A stretch of DNA of 64,000 nucleotides from an uncultured Actinomycetes bacterium (GTDB taxonomy: Bacteria > Actinomycetota > Acidimicrobiia > IMCC26256 > PALSA-610), in the NCBI GenBank assembly GCA_963781425.1, contig CAWAGX010000020.1, positions 376,408-440,407 of the forward strand. Direction: 5' to 3'. Numbering within the stretch: the first letter of the stretch is position 1; each line of letters opens with the position of its first letter. The notes beneath the pieces are model-generated. The model saw only the letters and a list, made by a program, of their open reading frames with translations. It made no database searches and was not told the DNA's origin. Position numbers and translations under genes: made by a program. This document shows, one piece after another, positions 19,902-29,536 of this stretch.

Positions 19902-22604
19902 TTGATCGTTGGACCGGCTAGCACCGACCTGTCTCATCGCTCCGGCAGGATTCGGTGCTTGGCCGAACGCACCGCACCTGGACCTGCCTCTCGCGCCGGG
20001 CGAGGGGTCATCATCGACGCGTCGACCGACCCTTCCCCGCAGGGGACGGATGCCCTACGAGTCAAGCTCGACGACGCTGCGCTTCGAGGATCCGCGGACG
20101 CGCTCGACCGCCTGCATCGCTGCTGGTCTGAGCGGGTTCCTGTTGTTGTCGAGCTTCGTTGTGATGTCGATGAGCTGCGGGCGCCTGAAACCGACCCTGC
20201 GCCGCCCTATCAACTCTCGCCCCGCTTCGAGTTCGCTCGTGAGCGGCTCTACTTCCTTGCTCGGGCCAACAACTACGACAACCGCTCGGGGCGGATGGTT
20301 TGGGGGCCGGCCGTTGAAGCCTTGCGGCTTGGCGCCTCTCCGTCTGATGTCGCTGACGTTCTCTTGCACGACGGGACTCATGCTTGGTGTGATGGTGGGC
20401 CGCGGGCCGGCGCATTCGAACTACCCGCCGGACATGCGCTCATTCATCGCAACACGCTTGAACAACGGCTGCTTAGGCCGGATCTGCACGCAGACACGCA
20501 CGCCGAACTTGCGGCCGACCAGCTCGATGCGGTGCTCCACGACTCCGGCCCTGCACGCGTCATCGCGCCGGCCGGCTCAGGCAAGACACGCGTGCTCACC
20601 GAACGGCTCCGACTGCTCGTCGCACGGAACTGGAGCACCTCTTCGATCACCGCCGTCGCCTACAACGTGCGTGCCAAGGACACCATGCGTGCCCGCCTCA
20701 CCGACCTTCCGCCCGCCGCACTCAACCGCATTCGCACGCTGCACTCGCTCGGAAATGACATCCTTCGGCGCCGCAACGGGAACTCCACGCTGATCGACGA
20801 GTGGGACATGCGGCGGCGGATCGAGGCGCTCGTGCCGGTGAAGCCTCGTGCCAACATCGACGTCTACGCCCCGTACCTCGAGGCCCTTGGAGAGGTGCGG
20901 CTCGGGCTCGTCGACCCGCACGTCGTCGAGGCGAGACGTGACGATGTTGCCGGCTTCGGCAACATGTTCGACGAGTACCGCGACAAGCTGCACGCGGACG
21001 GCTGCATCGACTACGACGAGCAGATCTACGGCGCGATCGAGGTGCTGCTTCGCAACGTCGAAGTTCGGCGTGGGATCCAGAAAGAGTGTCGGCACCTGCT
21101 CGTCGACGAGTTCCAGGACCTTACGCCCGCACAACTTCTCATGCTCCGGCTCGTCTCCGCGCCCGCGTACGACGTCTTCGGTGTCGGTGACGACGACCAG
21201 GTCATCTACGGCTACGCGGGCGCCGATCCCGAGTTCCTCATCAACTACGACCGCTACTTCCCCGGAGGCACACACCACGCCCTCGCCACCAACTACCGCT
21301 GCCCGGCGCCGGTCGTCATCGCGAGTCGCAACCTGCTCTCCTACAACCGCGCCCGCATCGACAAGGAGATCGTCGCGGCCAAGACCGACGGCGAGCTCAC
21401 GATCGCGACCACCCAACCCGAGCGGCTCGCCCTCGCCGCAATCGAGCAAGCAACCTCATGGCTCAACGGCGGCGCGCAACCCGAAGACATCGCCGTGCTC
21501 TCCCGCGTCAATGCGTCGCTTCTTCCCGTTCAACTCCTCTTCCTTGAAGCCAACGTGCCATGTTGGACGCCCGTCAGCGTCGCGGTCCTCAATCGCACCG
21601 GCACCCGCACCGCGCTCGCCTATCTCCGTCTCGCCCTCGCCGCCGGGAGCGACACCGAACTCGCCGGCAACGATGTGGCGACCGCGGCCCGGCGTCCGAG
21701 CCGTTCGATCCGGCGCGAGGTGCTGCAGCGCTTCGAACGGAAACGGCACTGGCGCCTGGCGCAGCTGCGCAGCGAGACGGGCGGCCTCAATGCGACGGCG
21801 GCCGACAGGTTCAACGCATTCTGCGACGACCTCGAAGCGCTCGGTCGTGCGCACAAGGAGGGCGCGACCACCGCCGACCTCCTCACGCGCATCCGTGATG
21901 ACATCGGGCTCGGTGCCGCGCTCGCCACCCTCGACCTCTCGGGGAAGGGCCCCGATGCGAGCCACCGGGACGACCTCAACGCGCTCATCGCGGTCGCCTC
22001 CCTCGAACCGGACCCCGCGGCCTTCGAGCCGTGGATGCGCTCACGCCTACGCGCCGCCAACGAGGCCGCCCACGACGACGGCGTCGCGATCTCGACCGTG
22101 CATCGCGTCAAGGGCATGGAATGGCCATACGTCGTCGTGCTCGGTGCGCACGACGGCCTGATGCCGCACGCGCTCGCCGACGACCTGGAAGAAGAGCGCC
22201 GTATCTTCCACGTCGCGATCACTCGTGGCGACACTGCGGTGCATGTCGTCGCCGACGCGAAGCCGCCGGCACCGTTCCTCGAGCAGCTCCGCTCCCCCGC
22301 GCCCGCCGACTACGCGGCACCGGTCCGGCGCCCACCGGAGAAGAAGGCGCCTCTCCCGATCGCGGCCGCGACCGACGCGCTGCCCGAGCTCGTCGGCGCG
22401 CTCAAGGCGTGGCGCAAGCAGCGCGCCACTGCCGACGGCGTGCCCGCGTTCATCGTCCTCAGCGACACGCACCTGGCAGGCATCGCGACGAGCGCGCCGA
22501 CGTCGCTCGACGAGCTCGCACGTTGCCCCGGCATCGGCCCGACCAAGCTCGAGCGTTACGGCGACGAGATCATTGCCGTCGTCGCGGACACCACGACCAA
22601 ATAA
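19902..22604 (+). CDS. UvrD/PcrA-like SF1 helicase with C-terminal HRDC-like domain and unassigned ~190-aa N-terminal region
   Basis: Intact 900-codon ORF with a TTG start candidate; the true start is uncertain. Motifs: VIAPAGSGKT, LLVDEFQDLT, VGDDDQVIYGYAG, ATNYRC, STVHRVKGMEWPYVVV and HVAITRG. The tail LVGALKAWRKQRATADGVPAFIVLSDTHLAGIA ... CPGIGPTKLERYGDEII is HRDC-like. Confidence 0.85.
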   Translation: MIVGPASTDLSHRSGRIRCLAERTAPGPASRAGRGVIIDASTDPSPQGTDALRVKLDDAALRGSADALDRLHRCWSERVPVVVELRCDVDELRAPETDPAPPYQLSPRFEFARERLYFLARANNYDNRSGRMVWGPAVEALRLGASPSDVADVLLHDGTHAWCDGGPRAGAFELPAGHALIHRNTLEQRLLRPDLHADTHAELAADQLDAVLHDSGPARVIAPAGSGKTRVLTERLRLLVARNWSTSSITAVAYNVRAKDTMRARLTDLPPAALNRIRTLHSLGNDILRRRNGNSTLIDEWDMRRRIEALVPVKPRANIDVYAPYLEALGEVRLGLVDPHVVEARRDDVAGFGNMFDEYRDKLHADGCIDYDEQIYGAIEVLLRNVEVRRGIQKECRHLLVDEFQDLTPAQLLMLRLVSAPAYDVFGVGDDDQVIYGYAGADPEFLINYDRYFPGGTHHALATNYRCPAPVVIASRNLLSYNRARIDKEIVAAKTDGELTIATTQPERLALAAIEQATSWLNGGAQPEDIAVLSRVNASLLPVQLLFLEANVPCWTPVSVAVLNRTGTRTALAYLRLALAAGSDTELAGNDVATAARRPSRSIRREVLQRFERKRHWRLAQLRSETGGLNATAADRFNAFCDDLEALGRAHKEGATTADLLTRIRDDIGLGAALATLDLSGKGPDASHRDDLNALIAVASLEPDPAAFEPWMRSRLRAANEAAHDDGVAISTVHRVKGMEWPYVVVLGAHDGLMPHALADDLEEERRIFHVAITRGDTAVHVVADAKPPAPFLEQLRSPAPADYAAPVRRPPEKKAPLPIAAATDALPELVGALKAWRKQRATADGVPAFIVLSDTHLAGIATSAPTSLDELARCPGIGPTKLERYGDEIIAVVADTTTK

Positions 22605-22711
22605 CGGCGACGGCTGGTGTCGCCTGGCTGGACGGATCCGGCAAACCCAGCTCAGCCGCACACCCGGGCCTCAGGGCTCAGAGGGCTCCGCCGAGCGCCG
22701 ATCAGAACGGC

Positions 22712-23032
22712 ATGGATGAGGATCTCCTGCTGGAGCTCGGCATCGACAGCGTCCTGTGGCACGGGTTGTCCGGCGAGCTACGTGCGTGGCTGCGGAGCGC
22801 CTCCACCCGCGACGTCACACCGCCGCCTCTGCACTTGCGAGATGAGTTCGACGTGCTGCCGACGCACGTGCGCGCGGCATTCGAACTGCCCGAAGACTGT
22901 GAACTTGACCTCATCAGCGACCCCGCGACCGAGCAGCACCTCTTCGATGCCGCGTTTCGGCGCATCGTTGGCAACGCCTTCAACCCGCACGAGTTCTTCT
23001 GGGGCTCGGACGCTTCCTTCTGGAGCTCGTGA
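22712..23032 (+). CDS. small acidic hypothetical protein (106 aa)
   Basis: ATG 22712, about 105 nt after the helicase stop, within ORF 22031..23032. MDEDLLLELGIDSVLWHGLSGELRAWL ... FELPEDCELDLISDP ... FFWGSDASFWSS. Coding-like but no recognisable family. Confidence 0.4.
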   Translation: MDEDLLLELGIDSVLWHGLSGELRAWLRSASTRDVTPPPLHLRDEFDVLPTHVRAAFELPEDCELDLISDPATEQHLFDAAFRRIVGNAFNPHEFFWGSDASFWSS

Positions 23033-23052
23033 GGGCATTAGCGTCGAATCGG

Positions 23053-23500
23053 ATGGCAACCGCACACTACGAAGTCACTGCGCGTTCGTCCGCGCCGCCC
23101 GAGCGACTGTTCGCACTCATCACCGACGCGCCGGGATGGCCGCTTTGGGCGGGGCCGCTCATCGCCCATGGCAGCTGGGAGCGGAAGGCAGTCCGCCGCC
23201 GGGTGGCGTCGGTGCGATTCGCAAGATCGGGCGGTGGCCGCAGTACGGGCGCGAGCAGATCGTCCGGCACGACCCGCCCGGGCACCACGCGTACACGATC
23301 GTGGGCGGCCAGCCCGTCCGGAACTACCGCGCCGACGTCTACTTCCGCCGCGAAGGCGACGGCACGCTCATCACCTGGGGCGCGACCTTCGAGCCGCTCT
23401 TCCCGGCACCGGTCGCTTGCTCGCGCGGCCGTGTACCGCCGGATGATCGGCGGTGTCGCCCACCGCGTTCGCGGCCTATGCCGAGGCACACCCGAGCTGA
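23053..23500 (+). pseudogene. SRPBCC (polyketide cyclase/START-like) family protein, several frameshifts
   Basis: MATAHYEVTARSSAPPERLFALITDAPGWPLWAGP is in ORF 23029..23577. GVGAIRKIGRWPQYGREQIVRHDPPGHHAYTIVGGQPVRNYRADVYFRREGDGTLITWGATFEP is in ORF 22617..23840. The likely end, AAYAEAHPS-TGA at 23498-23500, is in a third frame. Confidence 0.6.
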
Positions 23501-23530
23501 CGCTTGGTCGGACGATGCCGTACGATCGCG

Positions 23531-24051
23531 TCAGCGCAGCGTGCGCGGCGAGTGTCTGCGCCTGGCCGACCAGTTGACGGATCTGCTGCACCTGCATCGG
23601 GTCCGTCACGGGGATTTGGGTCTTGTGGTACAGGTCGCCGCTGTGCACGGAGACCTCGACGTACCCCGTCGTCGTCCGTTCCTTGACGAGCAGGAACAGC
23701 AGCCCGATCAGGCAGAAGATCGCGAACGCGATCGCGCAGATGATCGCCCAGGTCGGGATCTTCGAGTCGCGTGCGCGACATGTCGGTCACGATCCATTGC
23801 GAACCGGCGAGGGGTCACGCCGTTCGGCGTGACCACGTAGTCGGGCGTGACACCGATGTCGCCGATCGTGACGAGGAAGCCGGGCGACGCCGGCGCCGGA
23901 GGCGAGGCGACGGGTGGTGATGCGGCGCGTGACCGGCGGCGGCGGTGCGGGCGCCGACTCGGGCGGGTACCACTTGCCATCCGCCGGCATACCACCAACC
24001 CGGCTCCTCCGGTTGGTGATCGAGCGGCCCGCGGCCGTGTTTCCCGGCCAT
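23531..24051 (-). pseudogene. membrane protein with N-terminal GWW/DGKWYPPE (DUF2510-like) motif, about five frameshifts; both ends uncertain
   Basis: Stitched from four minus-strand frames: MAGKHGRGPLDHQPEEPGWW / ADGKWYPPESAPAPPPP / GFLVTIGDIGVTPDYVVTPNGVTP / LAGSQWIVTDMS / RARDSKIPTWAIICAIAFAIFCLIGLLFLLVKERTTTGYVEVSVHSGDLYHKTQIPVTDPMQVQQIRQLV. No stop codon in any minus frame separates it from the upstream SRPBCC gene. Confidence 0.5.
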
Positions 24052-24535
24052 GGTCCCCCGTTCGTACGCGTGTGCGCCTTCGGCGGCCGCCGCCAGGCGT
24101 TCGAGCGTTGCTTCCATCGTCTCGCGGTTGTGGGCCGGCGCGGTCGCTCACGCCCATGATCGGGCGGCTGATCAACTCGAGGGACTTGGGGCGCCGGTCG
24201 GTCCAGAGCTCGGTGAGCGCGCGTGCCCTCGTCAGCCGGCTCGAACTGTGTACTCCCACCGCGAGACCTCGAACGGCCCGCCTTCACGTCGAACACGAAC
24301 GACTTGCCGGGCTCGGCCTCGACGACCTTGCAGACCGTCGACCACTTCCGCCACCCGCTCTGGTTGCGGCCCTTGAACCGGGCGCCGGCCACCGGCTGCT
24401 TCTGGTCGCCGACCCACTCGCAGCCGACCGTCTCCGGCGACCACTCCCCCATCCGCGTCACGTCGGATATCAGCGCCCACACCGTCTCGGGCGCGAGCCG
24501 CGATCGTTGCGTTCCACCTGTACCTCGTCGCTCAT
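24052..24535 (-). pseudogene. SRPBCC family protein, several frameshifts; 3' boundary not resolved
   Basis: ATG 24535 overlaps the upstream stop (ATGA). MSDEVQVERN ... PETVWALISDVTRMGEWSPETVGCEWVGDQKQPVAGARFKGRNQSGWRKWSTVCKVVEAEPGKSFVFDVKAG / PFEVSRWEYTV / TELWTDRRPKSLELISRPIMGVSDRA / METTLERLAAAAE-like end, spread over three frames. Confidence 0.6.
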
Positions 24536-25192
24536 GCGACCAACGCTAACCCCCGCGTCGCCGTACGGCGAAGGTGGCGGTCGATCACGATGCTGACGAT
24601 CGCGGCCCAGAAGCACCACAGCGAGACGAAGCCGCCGATCGTGAGCCACATCAGCACCGGCACGACCGCGAGGTTCAGCACCCCGAGCACGGCGATGTCG
24701 CGATAGCTGCGAAGCGATCAGTGCCCCGCACGTCGCGACGACATACAGCGCGGTGAGCTGACCGCCGTAGCCGACCGCATCGACCTCGTACTCGATGTGC
24801 CGGCCGTCGATCATGGCGTGGATCGAACCGCGGAACATCGCGATCGCCGAGCAGGCCGGCCGACGCCGGCACCGAGCAGGCCGAACGCGCCGATGATCAC
24901 GCCGGCGCTCGCGCAACGGCTCGACCAGGCCGACCGCGACGGGGATCAGCACCGGGAGCGCGCCGAACGCGAACAGGAGATACGTCCACACCGCGACCCG
25001 TTCGACCGCGTGGCTGACGCTGCCCTGGAGGCCCCACCACACGAACGCCTCGCTCAGCTGGTGCACGCCGAACAACAGCGGCAGCGCCGCGAGCGGGATC
25101 TGCTTCGGTTCACGCACATGACGCAACGCGTCCACGCCGACGGCGATGACGATGCCCCCGACGAGGGCATCCGCCTCGGGCGCGAAGCACAC
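24532..25192 (-). pseudogene. polytopic membrane protein resembling the DUF6629 family, at least three frameshifts
   Basis: GTG 25192 (MCFAPEADALVGGIVIAVGVDALRHVREPKQIPLAALPLLFGVHQLSEAFVWWGL ... AVWTYLLFAFGALPVLIPVAVGLVEP). The end reads SYRDIAVLGVLNLAVVPVLMWLTIGGFVSLWCFWAAIVSIVIDRHLRR ... TGA 24532-24534 in a different frame from ORF 24470..26191. Confidence 0.6.
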
Positions 25193-25196
25193 CAGT

Positions 25197-26191
25197 CTAT
25201 GTCGACCGGCAGAGCGCGAGTTGCGCGTGGGGTCGGCCAGCTGCACGTGCGTCGCCCAACCGGCCCGCTCGAACAGGCGGATCAACCCGGCCGACAGGTC
25301 GATCTGGTGCGGCAGCGCGCCGTGGCGGGCCGACGCGCGGGTGCGCGTGATGGAAGTTGTGCCACGACTCGCCGAACGACAGCAGCGCGAGCGGCGCGAA
25401 GTTGCGTGCTCTCGTCCTTCTGCGTTGCGGGCTGGCGCCCGAACATGTGGCAGATCGAGTTCGACGCTCCACGTCACGTGGTGCAGCAGCATCATGCGGG
25501 CGAGGCCGGCCCAGAGCAACGCGGTGAGCGCGCCGCTGAGCGCGCCGGAGAGCGTCCAGCCCAGGAAGAACGGCGCCGCGAGCGAGACGACCGCGAACAG
25601 CGGGAACAGGCGGCTGATGATCTTCGTGTCGCGCGTCGCGAGGAGGTCGGGAGCGTAACGCTCGGCCGCCGTCGGCGTCACCTTGAACAGCCAGCCGACG
25701 TGCGCGTGCGCGAAGCCGCGCAGCTGCGCGCGGGGCCGGTCCCGTAGTCGTGCGGTGAGTGCGGGTCGCCGGGCTTGTCGCTGAACACGTGGTGCCGGCG
25801 GTGGATCGCGACCCAGCCGACGACCGAGCCTTCGACCGCAAGCGAGCCCGCGAAGCGCGAGCACGATCTTCAGCCAGCGCGCGGCGCGGAAGCTGCGGTG
25901 CGTGAACAGGCGGTGGTAGCCGACGGTGACGCCGAACGCCGTCACGACGTAGAACGCGCCGGCGAGGATGATGTCGCGCAACGTCACCGCGTGTCCCCAG
26001 AGCAACGGCACCGCGATGGCGAGGGCGACCGCGGGTCCGATCACCAGCAGCCCGGTGACGGCGCGCCCGATGGAGCAGCCGGCGCGGCTCGGGCCCGGCG
26101 TCGGGTTCGGGTCGCGGGAGCGCGTGGGCGTGAGCGGTCCTGTCGAGCAGTGTGGCCATGTGCCGTTCCCTGGTCCGCACCGGTGGTGCAA
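25197..26191 (-). pseudogene. acyl-CoA/acyl-lipid fatty acid desaturase (DesA3-like), several frameshifts; start 26191 or 26159
   Basis: His boxes are recoverable across frames: GVTVGYHRLFTHRSF, a [13 protein letters not shown]-type box in an alternate frame, and ESWHNFHHAHP in ORF 25197..26237. TM segments LLVIGPAVALAIAVPLLWG and LFPLFAVVSLAAPFFLGW lie in ORF 24470..26191. Confidence 0.8.
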
Positions 26192-26491
26192 TCATCCGTG
26201 CTCCGACCGGGGACCTGGGAGGCGCACACGTCGCCATGATGGCGAAGTGATTTCAGAATAGTCGCCACGGAGATGCCTTGACGTGGCATCGCGAGAGTTG
26301 ATACGCCACCGTCTCCCTACCCTGGGCCCGCCGTGGCCGAACTGGCCGCGTGAGGCGCCGGATACCCGGACGAAACGGTCGCTCCGGCGGCCGATCGAGG
26401 TGTCCGATGCCGACGGTCTCATCGACGGAGAACCGCTCGACCGGAACGAAATGTGGTCGGCGGCCCAAAACTCCCCGCTGCGCGGATGTGC

Positions 26492-27548
26492 TCAGAGCGG
26501 AGAGCTCGAAGGCGTCGAGCGTCTCGAGCGCCGCGATGACGCGCCGGAGCATCCCTCCTGTGAGCTGCCATGTGACGCGGGTCTTCGACGCTGAGTGCCC
26601 CCGCGGCCACGACCGGGTACACGAACCCGAACATCGTGGCGTAGCGGTACATCTCCCACGCCCAGTCGCGATCGGGCTGCCACGCCGAAGCTCGCGAGCT
26701 CCTCGAGATACGTGGAGAACAGGCGCTGCTGGTCCTCCGGGTCGCTCGACGTTCACGCTCTGGCTCACGAAGTACGCGACGTCGCGCGGCGCGACGCTGC
26801 GGTCGATCAGCTGCCAGTCGACCGCGATCACCTCGCCGGCGGGCGTGAGGAAGAGGTTGTCGAGCCGCCAGTCGGCGTGCGAGAGCACGTGCGGCCCGTC
26901 GCACAGCTTGGCGAACAGCGGCGCGATGCGCGCCGCGTAGGCATCGCCGAACGCGAGCGACCTGCTCGGTCATCTGCTCGGGGAAGAACTCCTGGACCCG
27001 CGGCCACGCCGTTTCGTACGCGAACGCGACCGCACCGGGATACGGGTCGTCGCACAGCCGCAGCAGGAACGCGCAGGTCGGCGAGCGTCGGGTCGTCCCA
27101 GAAGCGCGGCGTGCAGCTTGGCGAGCGTGCGCAACGCGGCGCCGCGTCGCGTCCACGTCGCATCCCGCGAGCTGGTCCTGGATCGCGCCGCGCGACGACA
27201 CGTCCTCGAGGAGCAGCACCGTGTCCTGCGTGGTCTCGTCGTGCTCGGCGTAGTAGCACTGCGGGATGCGCCGATCGGCGTCCGCGCCGAGAGCTGCGTG
27301 TAGAACCCGACCTCGCGCCCGTACATGTTGAGGATCGTCGCGACGAAGCGGCCCTCGTCGGTCGGCGCCGCCAGCTTGGCGATCATCGTGGCCGGGTCGG
27401 CGTCGCCGGTGAGCGTCAGCCGGAACAACGTGCCGACGAGGCCGACGCCGACGCCGATCGGCTCGCCGCGCACCGCCGTGACGTGCCGGCCGAGCGCGTC
27501 GCTCAGCCATTCGGGTGTGAGGTCGTCGAGCTTCTTGGGGATGGTCAT
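26492..27548 (-). pseudogene. APH/EcKinase-like phosphotransferase, many frameshifts; 3' end uncertain
   Basis: ATG 27548 overlaps the SDR stop (ATGA). MTIPKKLDDLTPEWLSDALGRHVTAVRGEPIGVGVGLVGTLFRLTL is in ORF 26970..27569. IPQCYYAEHDETTQDTVLLLEDVS is in ORF 26419..27510. The catalytic region LSHADWRLDNLFLTPAGEVIAVDWQLIDRSVAPRDVAYF is in ORF 26253..26888. The end is placed at TGA 26492-26494 on length grounds only. Confidence 0.7.
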
Positions 27549-28327
27549 CTCACTCCTGCCAGCAGCCATTCGGTGATGCGCCTGGGCGCTTCGGTCAACA
27601 TCGGGAACAACGCGTCCCGTTTCGGCAACCGTACGTGCCGCCGCTCACGCTCGATCGCATCGACCAGCGCGTCGACCACTGCATCGGTGTCGAGATCGAC
27701 CGACAGCCGGAGACGGGCGAGCCGCGCGAGGGCGCGCTCGCGTCGGTGCATGGCCCCGCAAGCTGTCCATCATCGAGCTCTCGACCGGGCCGATCTCGGC
27801 GAGCGTCGTCGTGACGTCCGTGCCCTTCAGCTCGGCGCGCAGCCCGGCCGTGAAGTGACTCAGCCCGGCCTTCGAGCTCGAGTACGGGAGGACGCCGGGC
27901 AACGCGTTCGTGCCGGCAAGCGACGAGACGTTCACGATGTGGCCGCCGCCACGCGTCTGCATGCCGGGGAGGATCGCGCGGCACAACAGGATCGGTGCGA
28001 GCAGGTTCACCTTGATGAGCTGCTCGATCTTGTCGGCCGGCAGCTCGGTCAGATCCGCCGGTGAGGTCGAGGCCGGCGTTGTTGACGAGGACGTCGACCG
28101 GGCCGTCGGCCTCGATACGGCGCGACGAGCGGCGCGATCGCCGAAGCATCGGCGAGGTCGGCGGGGTACGCATCGCCGCCGAGGTCGGCCGCGAGCTTGT
28201 CGAGCTGCTCGCGGGAGCGGGCGACGAGCCCGACCCGAGCACCGCGCTTCGCGCACTCCGTCGCCAGCGCCGCGCCGATGCCGCGCGACGCGCCGGTCAC
28301 GACGACCCGGGCACCGCTCAGGTTCAT
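27545..28327 (-). pseudogene. short-chain dehydrogenase/reductase (SDR), about three frameshifts
   Basis: ATG 28327 overlaps the upstream stop (ATGA). VVVTGASRGIGAA (ORF 28049..28597), VDVLVNNAG (ORF 27595..28242), HIVNVSSLAG ... LPYSSSKAGLSHF (ORF 27645..28388), and the tail in ORF 27545..27751. Confidence 0.85.
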
Positions 28328-29460
28328 TGCGCGACGGCCGCGGCTTCGCGGTCGCGTTCGATCGCGTTGAGCTCGCTGTACTCGACACTCGTGTCGACGA
28401 AGTCCTCGTACTCGATCACGCCCATCTCGGTGAAGCGCTCGCGCAACCAGCCGTCGCGGCCGTCGAGCAAGCCGAGCTTCTTGCAGTTCGGCACGATCTT
28501 GGCGAACAGCATCCGCTGGAAGAGGATCTCCTCCTCGCTGTTCTGGCGGATGAAGTACGGCATCATCGCCCGGGCCGACACGCCCAGCCGCTCCCACACC
28601 TCTTGGTGCAGGAACCGGTCGCGCATGCGCAGCGCGGCTTCGTAGACGAACTCCTGCCGCTCGCGCAGCTCGGCGCCGGAGATGCCGGCGTAGGCCTCCT
28701 GCAACGACAACACGCCGAACGCGACGTGGCGGGCCTCGTCACTCATCACGTACCGAATGAGCTGGCGGAGCAGCGGCTCGGACGTCGTCTGGTACATCGC
28801 ACCGAACGCCGCCAGCGCGAGCCCTTCGATCATGATCTGCATGCCGAGGTAGGTGATGTCCCAGCGCGAGTCGGCGAGCACGTCGTCGATGAGCGCGCCG
28901 AGGTGCACGTTGATCGGGTAGCGCGTCGCCATCTTCTCGTCGAGATAGCGCCCGAACACCTCGACGTGACGCGCCTCGTCCATCACCTGCGTCGACGCGT
29001 AGTACTTGGCGTCGATCCACGGCACGGTCTCGACGATGCGGGCCGTGCACAGCAATGCGCCCTGCTCGCCGTGCAGGAACTGGCTCGTGCGATGCGCGAG
29101 GTTCTCCATCGCGTACTGCACGAGCTCCTTCTCACCCCACTTCGCGACCGGTGAGCCGGGCTCGTCGACGAGCGCGCGCACGTACTGCATGCGCCGGTCG
29201 TTCTGCGAGAGCTCGACGGCCGTCCGCTCGGGGTTGACGTCGATCGACCAGTCGAGGTCTTTCGACCCGTTCCACTGCGAGACCTTGGCCTTCTCGTAGA
29301 GCTTGTCGAGCGCGGGCCGCGCGCCCTTGGCGTAGTCCCACGTGAACGTCGCGTCGAACGCGGAGCTCACCCCGTGTGCGATCGCGTCCTCGTCGGTGTT
29401 GACCTGGACAAGGATCGCCTCGAGGTCGTCGTGTGCTCGTACTTCCCGCATGGCGGGCAT
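28324..29460 (-). CDS. ferritin-like diiron-carboxylate protein (AurF-like diiron oxygenase family)
   Basis: Intact reading frame inside ORF 28324..29802 from ATG 29460 (or 29451). There are two E-x-x-H pairs (MDEARHVEVFG and MSDEARHVAFG) plus EGLALAAF, as in four-helix-bundle diiron oxygenases. Confidence 0.6.
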   Translation of the reverse strand: MPAMREVRAHDDLEAILVQVNTDEDAIAHGVSSAFDATFTWDYAKGARPALDKLYEKAKVSQWNGSKDLDWSIDVNPERTAVELSQNDRRMQYVRALVDEPGSPVAKWGEKELVQYAMENLAHRTSQFLHGEQGALLCTARIVETVPWIDAKYYASTQVMDEARHVEVFGRYLDEKMATRYPINVHLGALIDDVLADSRWDITYLGMQIMIEGLALAAFGAMYQTTSEPLLRQLIRYVMSDEARHVAFGVLSLQEAYAGISGAELRERQEFVYEAALRMRDRFLHQEVWERLGVSARAMMPYFIRQNSEEEILFQRMLFAKIVPNCKKLGLLDGRDGWLRERFTEMGVIEYEDFVDTSVEYSELNAIERDREAAAVAQ

Positions 29461-29536
29461 GCTCGCACGGTCGCGCGCAGGTGTCGATGGGCGGACGGGC
29501 GGCACGCAGGACATTCGGCACGAGGGCCGCCGCGGA

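Noticed and set aside
19902-22604. Calling the SF1 helicase the housekeeping UvrD2 orthologue
   Set aside because: Not adopted. It has an HRDC-like tail like UvrD2, but I see no tetra-cysteine module, it has an extra ~190-aa N-terminal region, and its codon usage is atypical. I cannot exclude that it is a conserved housekeeping helicase without synteny data.
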